Both the position numbers and the translations under genes were made by a program. A stretch of DNA of 64,000 nucleotides from Bugula neritina (taxonomy: Eukaryota; Animalia; Bryozoa): NCBI GenBank assembly GCA_964035545.1, contig OZ037765.1:22133504-22197503 (forward strand), written 5' to 3'. Positions 25,946 through 64,000 of this stretch are shown one piece after another; within the stretch, counting starts at the first letter, position 1, and every line of letters starts with the position of its first letter. Below the pieces are notes generated by a model, which worked only from the letters and a program-made list of their open reading frames with translations, was not told the DNA's origin and did not search any database.

Positions 25946-28125
25946 GTAAGAGTTCTCTTGCTTAGTCATTCAAGGTTGTAGCTGACGGTTATATGGCAAG
26001 GAATTTATTGAGCAACAAATATTTTACCCCTAATTCTAAGTTAAAAAAACTTTTTTTAACAATTTTCACACCAGTATTTTAATGTTGTACTAAACTAACC
26101 AAGTATTTCTTATGCCCATCTCTCGTATACATAGAGCTAGTTCTTTCTACACTAATTTGAAATAGCAGAGCCTGAAAACCATCTGCTGTATGGCTACATT
26201 TACTGTAATATTACTGTTCCATGAAGTTATGGCCATCAACATCAAACAACTATAATACCCTTATAAGATGGCCACCAAGATAATCGTAGCATAATAGTCG
26301 GCCATTATCTCTAACACAATGAAAATTATAGTGTCTAATAGTGCTTCTAACTGCAGGTAATACAATATTCTAGAGAACCATAATTTCCTTTAGCCACAAA
26401 CTAATTATTAAAGTGACCCACGGAACTGCTAGTGATATAATTCAAGTGTGTTGCCCAGTCAAGGCATTCATTTAACAGATGTGGTTTTATGCTTCAAGTG
26501 GAAAAGCCACAACAAAGGCTTGTACAGCCAAACAACTAACTTAGGAGGCGACAAAATGTAGAAGCCTAGGTTTTTAAACGTGCAATCAGCATCAAAGCTA
26601 GGTAGCTGATTACCATCTTCATAATAATTTCTCTTCTATTGCCAAGTTTCAACTGTGCATCTATTTATTACAGCCTGTAAAGTTTTCATAAAGAAATATT
26701 TTGCAGTTATAAAACCATAGCTTATTGTATGTTCGGCTGCGAATTTAATACATCATATTTCGCTGCAAAACTATGAAAGAGCTATATGTCTTTAGAGTTT
26801 AGGACAGAATGGTTGCAAAATACTCTGCCATTTATAGATAGCTAGTCTCAATTAAGATGAAGATAGAAATATTAAAGAAATGATGCTCCTTAGCTATACA
26901 TGTTGCGCTGTGTGAATTAAATTACTCAACTCCATTGATCTGGCACAAAAGTGTCCTAGTACTGTTTGCCAGTGACTTACATCCGGGTGTGTTTAGCCCT
27001 ATTCAGGTGTGGTTAGAAGACTTAGGGCTCCAGAACAAATTCACCCTTGAATTATCTGCTATATTTTAATGGATGGCATTTTTAAAAGTATTACCCGTTG
27101 AGTTTCTGAGTGAAAATGGAAAACTACCCTCTTATTTTTTGTTGTTTCTCAGAGCCTATACCTTGTTTACAGGTACTCTTGGTCCCTTATATTATCATCA
27201 TGGCGCCCTCAATGACCTGCTTACATTATTGGTTATCTCAATACCCCAAAGGGCCCCAAAAACCACAAAGTGTTTATTACTCATGTTTGCAGACTCCAAA
27301 TAATCTTTAAAAAAAGTATACAGTCAATGCCCGAGCATGTCCGCTAGTAATAGCAATTATTTATTTGCCTTTAGTGCATCATGTTTGGCATCAGCAACTA
27401 GCTCCGTCAAAATTAAGCTGAGTGACTGTTTTATTCATTTTTTCATTTAAAGTTATTATAGAAGTCTGACATGCTAAGTGAACACATTCTTTCAAACCGA
27501 TTTTCACAAATCTATTTTTACTGTATTTTTCAATTTTTCAACTTATTTCTAGGCAGCTGCCTTAATTTAATAGTTTTGAGTAAATTAGTCAGCTAGAATA
27601 GTGACGGAAAAACTCTAGTACTGAAGCTATAGTCAATAGCATATACATTATATGCAAATATAAATTATATGTACACACCCCCTACCTTGTGCTAATATCT
27701 TCCTTACTAGTTTTTAAGGCATTGACTGTAAAGTTATTTTTTAGTGATGCCAGCCAACCACTGCTTTTTGTTAAGGCCAATTCATATCTGCTTTTAGCAT
27801 TGGATTAGTCAATTGATTTACAACAATTGTGGTTAGAGATTATTGACTCTGTTGTATTGTTTTTGTTAGCCTTTCTCTGGAGTAGCTTCATTTCGCATTC
27901 AGAATTTTTGCATTACACAACATCCTATCAGCAGTGCTCAGTGGTTCATCTGGAATTATTCAGTTTAATAGTAGTAGGTAAAAAGCTCTGCCTCCATATG
28001 TTGTGACATAGGTAGAACTCGTTGACACTCTGGTGCTATAGTCATTCCTTAACAACTAGTAATCTCAACTTCTACATATCAGAGTATTATACAGACAAGT
28101 CAAGAACAACTGGTGCTGAAATTCT

Positions 28126-28133
28126 TATATAAA
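28126..28133 (+). promoter_or_regulatory. Candidate TATA box for the internal bZIP module B
   Basis: TATATAAA about 330 nt upstream of the ATG at 28460. Weak evidence in AT-rich DNA. Confidence 0.3.
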
Positions 28134-28459
28134 TAGTATAACTTAGTCAATCGCTACAAGATAATCTCGCAGTCATCCATTCCTACATTACCTACTGATA
28201 TCTGCAACTACTGAATATTCTGCAAGACTGTTTTCTACATTTGTTACTTGCCAGAAAAGAATAACTTCTAAAAGGAAGTTTGGTCGATGCTGGATCTCAC
28301 CGTTTGAGTATTAAGTTGGGACAATAATCTCTTCATGGTGTCTTTTTGCCGCATTTAAATTATTCACTCTATTTATCCTTCAAGAGGCGTTTATTGCCAA
28401 TATAGTATTACTTTCTGGGACTACTTTATAAACAGACGAATATTTAAATTATAATTACA

Positions 28460-29127
28460 ATGGATCCGACTCAATTTATGTTGCCAATGCCTTCAATGAT
28501 TCCTCAGTTTTTACCTACCATCCCTACCAGCACCTCTGCTGTCACTCCTGCCACACAGTTCAACACGCTGCCAATAGACATACTGGGAATGTGGGCTAAT
28601 GGTGAGTTTATTTCAACAGTTTACTATTTTTCAAAATCCATCTCTTAAGTTGACAATTATTTTTCTATTAAAAAAAACATAATATCTTAATTTCACCCAG
28701 TCGTCAAATTTTTAAAAAACTTGGTTGTTTTTGAAGAATTCTGATGATCAGTGGTGACCATATTCTCCAAATATCATACAAAAGTATAACTAGTTGAAAC
28801 ATCTCACTCTTTATAGGTACTAGCCCAACAGTTGCCAGAGCAATTGCTGCTGCTCAAAATCAAAAACGTCCTCGTAGTGAAAAGAAGCCCATCCCTAAAG
28901 ACCAAAAGGATGTGAAGTATTTTGAGCGAAGAAAAAGAAACAACCAAGCAGCTAAAAAGTCCCGTGATGCTCGTAAGGCTAGGGAAGATGACATAGCTGT
29001 TAGAGCAGAGTTTTTAGAAAAAGAAAATGCTATATTGCGAGCTCAAGCAGCAACTTTAAGAGATGAGGCCGTATCTCTAAGACTTTTAATTCAAGAAAGG
29101 AGGCAGAGGAGTATTCAGAGGAAATAA
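28460..29127 (+). CDS. PAR/ces-2-like bZIP transcription factor: start exon B (28460-28601) + terminal bZIP exon T1 (28817-29127), 150 aa
   Basis: [11 protein letters not shown]...WAN G|gtgagt joins ttatag|GT ACT in frame. T1 encodes [61 protein letters not shown], typical of the PAR/ces-2/giant bZIP group. AATAAA at 29161 and 29824. Confidence 0.88.
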
Positions 29128-30157
29128 CCTTCCTAGCTGCGCTATTGTCTGTTTACAGCTAATAAAAATACTGATGACTGCTGCTCGTAATAGCATTTAG
29201 CTGTCACTGTTGTCTATACAAGGATATTTATTTTTCATTGGTGGTGCAGTTAACTTCAACAGTATTTTCTTGGTTTTTATACATGGAAACAGTTATATGC
29301 AGTGCTACCTCCTATGAGATAACTAAATTATACAAAATCTGCTCTTATGGAGTCCATTATTTAAGTCAGAACACTGGTCACGTATACACAACATTGAATT
29401 TGAATTCCTTAATTTTTAAAGTATTTTATGCATTTAAATCATACCATTTTGATATTTGTTCATACTCCCATTTTTTTCAATTTTACCAAAGGTATTCTAT
29501 TGATGACCAGACCAGTACTGTCTCTCAAAGCTTGTATCTCAATTTGAATTTGTGAAGTTTTCTTAAACATTTGTACATAATTGTATGATATTGTAGTTTT
29601 GAATGAAACTGTTTAGTGTGATTGTTAAAGACTCATGCTGACTATATTGTGGTTTTATCTCTAATAATGCTTATGTATGTTTTATTATTTAATTTTATTC
29701 CCAATGTTATAAATTTTTTACACCTTTTAAGTTGTTGGTTCATGTATTAGCTGTTTAGCTATTTCTAATATCTATTTAACTTTGTTATAATTTTAGCTAC
29801 TTACACCCATAAAAATTTAAAAAAATAAATGTTCATTTTTTGAAATGCGGCCTTTCTAACTTTTTGTTCTACACAAAAAGAGGTAAACATCTAGATTCTA
29901 GCAGATGTATTGCTATATAACCCTTCCTGGCTTTCTTCATGCAATTGAGAAAGTGAAGCTAATGCAGCAAAATATTATATATTATTTTTTTAAAAAAACT
30001 CTTGTATACATTAATGTTTGGTGCACTATAGAGTTTTGATATACCAACAGCATCAGGGCTAAATTACAAAACAAATTAAAGGTTTTTTTTTCAATAAAAC
30101 AACCACTTGTTTTGAATTGCGGTAGTAAAAGGTTATAATTAATATACTTTTCAACAG

Positions 30158-30474
30158 GTAATAGTCTATCTGCTGCCACCTCAGCAGCTACCATCGAGCA
30201 AAATCAAAAGCGTACCAGAAGTGAGAAGAAGCCTGTCCCAGATGAAAAGAAAGATGAGAAATACCATGAGCGAAGAAAACGCAACAATGAAGCAGCTAAG
30301 AAGTCTAGAGATACCAAAAAATCTAAAGAAGAGGCGAATCAAACTAGGCTCGCTCAATTGGAAGCAGAAAACCAAATGCTAATGAGTGAAGCTTGTGTCT
30401 TGATTGAGAGACTCTCTACTCTTGAAGCTGAAATGCATCTTACTAGCAGTAAGCAAAATTACCAAGTTGTATAA
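30158..30474 (+). CDS. Second, duplicated bZIP terminal exon T2 (not in the ORF track)
   Basis: ttttcaacag|GT AAT... open to TAA at 30474: GNSLSAATSAATIEQNQKRTRSEKKPVPDEKKDEKYHERRKRNNEAAKKSRDTKKSKEEANQTRLAQLEAENQMLMSEACVLIERLSTLEAEMHLTSSKQNYQVV*. Same phase-1 acceptor and same N-terminal spacing as T1. Confidence 0.85.
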
Positions 30475-31604
30475 AATGCTGACACATCAGTAGCTAAATG
30501 CTGATACATCAGTAACTAATGACACATTGTGATAGAGTTCAGTCTAGGCACTTTTATTCTATGGCTAGATGCTATCCTATATCCCATCTCTGTTATAAGA
30601 GACATGTTATTACACTCATTTTAGTCCCACTCCTTCAAAGCACAAGTTTAATGCTCCAGATGATCAGTCAGTCAGACCTTAATTTAAAATTTACTGAATC
30701 CTCTCATTGTAACATATTTATTGACATTTTACCTTTCACAAAGTTTCTTGTTGTTTTTGACATAACTTTGCTCTTTAAAGGCCTTTTAGCAAGTTTTGCT
30801 GTCTAATTTGTACATTTATACTTACGAGTGAAACCTAAGTGATTGTGTATTCGAATGCTAATAAGTAGCAGTATAATGACCATTTACATGAAACCCTCAA
30901 AACTTTGATTAAACTGATACTGTATTAGTAGTTCTATGAACACATTTTCAGATCTACTATTTTTAAGTACAGATGATCAGACTAAATACAAATCAAAAAT
31001 AAAAGGAGCCAGTTATAACAGCTTTTTTCTCTTTCATGCACTTCCATCCAACTTCAATGACGATTCTAGCATATGCTTCAGGGTAATAAACTGCATAGAA
31101 ACTGTAATGCACGCCTCCATTACTACCAGCATCCACACAAAAACTTATAATTTATAGAAAATATGCTTTATTAACATTTAAACAACAGTTAATACAGCTT
31201 ATTATAGAAGTACAGAATAAAATGGGTTTTATTTTTTAAAACTTACTAAGGCCTATTTTCTTGTACACATGATGTAAAAGTCACAGCTTTTGATTGTCTA
31301 ATTTTTTGTTGTGAGATTTTTAATTTATAAAAAGAATACAATGGCATTACAAGTGCAGACCTCTATTGAAAAGATAAGGTGATAAAAAACTCACATCAGT
31401 GTTTGATATTCGAAGACAATATCAATTAGGTTTCTCTGCTTACTATACAAATGGTGTTATATATATTATATACAAAATACTATTAAAACATAATGACCAC
31501 TTACAATGATGAACCAGAACAAAAATAAATAAAATATACTGTACAAACTCTGTTAGAGAACTGTGAGTAATAAAATTATGCTTTACAAACTAGGAAGATC
31601 ATTG

Positions 31605-55131
<23,527 letters not shown>

Positions 55132-56611
55132 TGTATATTCAACTTCAATTTAGTAATCAAACACCAGAAGTTCATAGGATAAAATATTTTACAAATACAT
55201 TTTAGCAAAACATAATTCCTCAAAAACTGTAACAGATTATGAAGCGCTGCAAAACTTATACCCAAATTGTAATACAACACATACAGACACAATGAAAACA
55301 GAGTCGTAGTAAAAATCAATTGTATCAACTATCGGAAGCACAATGAGCGCAATATTTTCCTTACTGTGGTAATTCGATAAAAGTTATAAAGCGTCAGTAT
55401 TTATTAAAAATAGTAATTATTTAATAACAGAATTAAATATAAATTAATAATAAAAACAACTTAATATTTTTGTATCAATGGTCAAAAATAGTATTGGCGA
55501 AAAGAGAGAATAAAGCGTGTTGATTGGTGGTGAACTAAAATTTTATTTTGAGAGGAGATAACTCTGTTAAAAACTACAAACTAAATGTCTCAAATTTATG
55601 GTGAATACTTTATTGCCTGTTTCATGAAAATGTTTTTAATTGTTTCCCATAAAACTACATATTTTTTTATTTATTTTCAAATCATATCTCATTCAAGTCT
55701 GAGAGTCCTATCACACAGCTTTATTTAATAACCGTTAGGCTACTATCAAAAGTTTGTGCGAAGCACAGATGTTTGAGTGATTAGCTTCTTGCTTGGCAGT
55801 CACAACCAATGAACTAAAAGTTATAGTTCAATGGTTACAATTTTCTCTAGCTTATACAGTTCAATGTTGAGTTTTCAAAAGAATTAAACAAAAAATGAGT
55901 ATTATATACTAAGTTTTAAGCAAGAGACAAATTATCCTCATTATCATTCATGCATATTTTGATTTCACTTGTAAGATCTTAATTAGATTAACTCTAAACT
56001 AAATCATGCTGAATTGCAGGAAATAAAGATGTTATATACTTCACATAGACACAGTTTATAAGTCATTTTAATCATTATATTTTATATATTATACTGCTTA
56101 CTATTTACCAAGTTTCATAGTATTGTATTGTAGAAAGTTTTGATGAACTAAAGTGTAACTATATCATTTTGTACATTTAAATATTATATGTAGTTGAAAA
56201 AAACAGTATTTAAAGTACATTTACTAAGTAATATATGTTTTAACAAAGGATATGAAATGCTTGTAGAAATTTTCTTGTTGCAAATTCATGATTTTATTAG
56301 TTTACAAAATCTGTATTATTTTGTTATATGTATAAAATTTAAATAGCTGCAGGGAAAGGAATTGTTTCTTAATGAGAAAAAGCGTCTTCACTGTAGCAAA
56401 GTTTTCCCATTCTAAAAATTATGAAGCACTGAGATGTTGTAATAGTATTTCATTTTAACTGACTTATTTCTTTGAAAAAGGAATATTTTACAGAAATTGT
56501 CATGAATTACAGTGTCTATAAACAACATATTAAAATGTACTATAAAGTGATTATTTTAAACTAGTATGGTCACACAATGCTGTTGATTGTCTTAATTGTA
56601 TATCCTGATCT

Positions 56612-62444
<5,833 letters not shown>

Positions 62445-64000
62445 ATTGTTTCTCTGTAATAAGAAGAAAATGATTAGTAGCTGTTGCTACCAAAGTTATT
62501 CAACTAGCAGCTGACCATACCTGGTGCTTTTGCACTGCAACACTATATATTACTCGGTAAAATTATTGTGCAGCAGAAGTAATCAAATTAACAAAAGAAA
62601 ATTTCTCTGGTCATTGATGCTGATTAGTAACAGTTTCTACAAGTTATATGACTCTAGCCTGAGTATTAAATGCTATTATATTTACTAATATCATGTGTTC
62701 AATACAGCATATATAATGTCATGCGTTGCTTAAAGGGTGAAGTTCGATACGCAATTTTCAATGAAGTATATAATTGGTGAAGCGTGCAATCTCATCAAGT
62801 TGAGCTAAAGAAAGCAGTAAGCTTACAGTAGGCTGCTTTAAGGGCAATGACCCGTAACATTTTGTAAATATGTTTTCATGTTATCAATTAATTATATACC
62901 TGCAATTGTACGGCAGGTGTGGCTAGCATATAACAAGTCTATAATTTTACCATTCTAATCCACTCATACAATTTATAATATATTTTAATATAATTGATAA
63001 ACAAGGTCGACTGCATTTTAGAAACATCAAGATATTCCTGGCTAATTACAAATAATCTGATATTCAATTGTTAGAAAATATGTTTACCAACTCAGAGCAT
63101 AGCTACAGGTTTCTCTTTTTGAAAATTATGTTTCTTAAAATTGTACCAAAGACTTTGTTGATAAAAGCCAAGCAACAAAGAAAACACAACTCCAGTAAAA
63201 GAAAATATTTTCCATTATTAACACACCGATGGTTCAAGGCAGCTGAAGCAGGCAAAATGTTGAAATTTATGTCAAACACAGTCTAAAGTTATATACTTGA
63301 ATTGGTTTCGGGTATATTATTGTTTTCTTGGATTCGATTTATTCGATTGGGTAGAGAATAAGCCTTGGAACAAGGATATTCAGATTGCAAATCGAACTCT
63401 TCCATGGCATATAACAGGTTGCAGACCTAATTTATATTAGCTAATCATGCAATGACTTGATTCTTCCATAGGTTTTCAGCTCGGTATATTTATGCTAAAT
63501 GGAGTTATCCATCCTTACTATCATGCAGAATAACAGAATACGTACAGAATTAAATCAAAAATTTCCCTCAAGACATAAGTGCTTTAAGCTTATGCCAGAA
63601 TAAATTCTTATACAATCAAGATCTTTTCTTTTAGACATAGCAACTTAAACCTTCAACTCTTCTACTTAAGTATCTGACTTTTAGATCTAATGATTTGCTT
63701 CGATTTTAATGGTCAGACAACTCTGTGGTTGCGATGATTAGAACTCCTTTATTTGGATTACCTGCAATATTTTTCAGAGTATTTTATGCTTATACAGAGC
63801 TGATTCGCTTTTAACGGCTATTAGATTTTATTGAATAAACAAACCCTTGCTTTCAAAACTTGTGTATTGTTGCTCCACAACAGCTGGCCTATGAAGCTTG
63901 GTTTGTTTATATTTAATTATATACAAAATAGTTAAGTGTCCCGTCTTCTTATAACATGTTATATTTGTGAAGCAATGTTACATGGCCATATTTTAGGTGT

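Noticed and set aside
30181-30375. Hydrophobic minus-strand ORF
   Set aside because: Antisense shadow of the K/E/R-rich bZIP exon T2.
63290-63770. Possible minus-strand exon fragments (VCNLLYAMEEFDLQSEYP...*)
   Set aside because: Could not build a consistent spliced frame or recognise a family; may belong to a gene or repeat beyond the window.

Overview
AT-rich, intron-rich eukaryotic DNA from an invertebrate metazoan; the species cannot be determined from the sequence. Most ORFs in the track are single exons or noise. I rebuilt five spliced loci by hand from splice sites and frame phase: (1) ceramide kinase CERK, minus strand, 12 coding exons, 1430-8054; (2) Rab-GAP TBC1D22, plus strand, ~11105-20504, head-to-head with CERK as in human; (3) a PAR/ces-2-type bZIP locus, plus strand, 23570-30474; (4) AGAP/centaurin-gamma, minus strand, 24 exons, 31605-55131, with an alternative first exon, a GC-AG intron and a 242-bp near-perfect intronic inverted repeat; (5) an unrecognised single-pass membrane protein, minus strand, 56612-62444. 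There are also three non-autonomous DNA transposons and several microsatellites. Best candidate for an undescribed system is the bZIP locus. It has two independent N-terminal modules and two intact duplicated bZIP terminal exons (same DNA-binding basic region, different zipper), all phase-1 compatible, plus tandem PAR-bZIP binding sites in its own first intron. Also notable is 6-bp-periodic 'drifting' DNA on both sides of the CERK/TBC1D22 divergent promoter. All gene models are inferred without transcript data.
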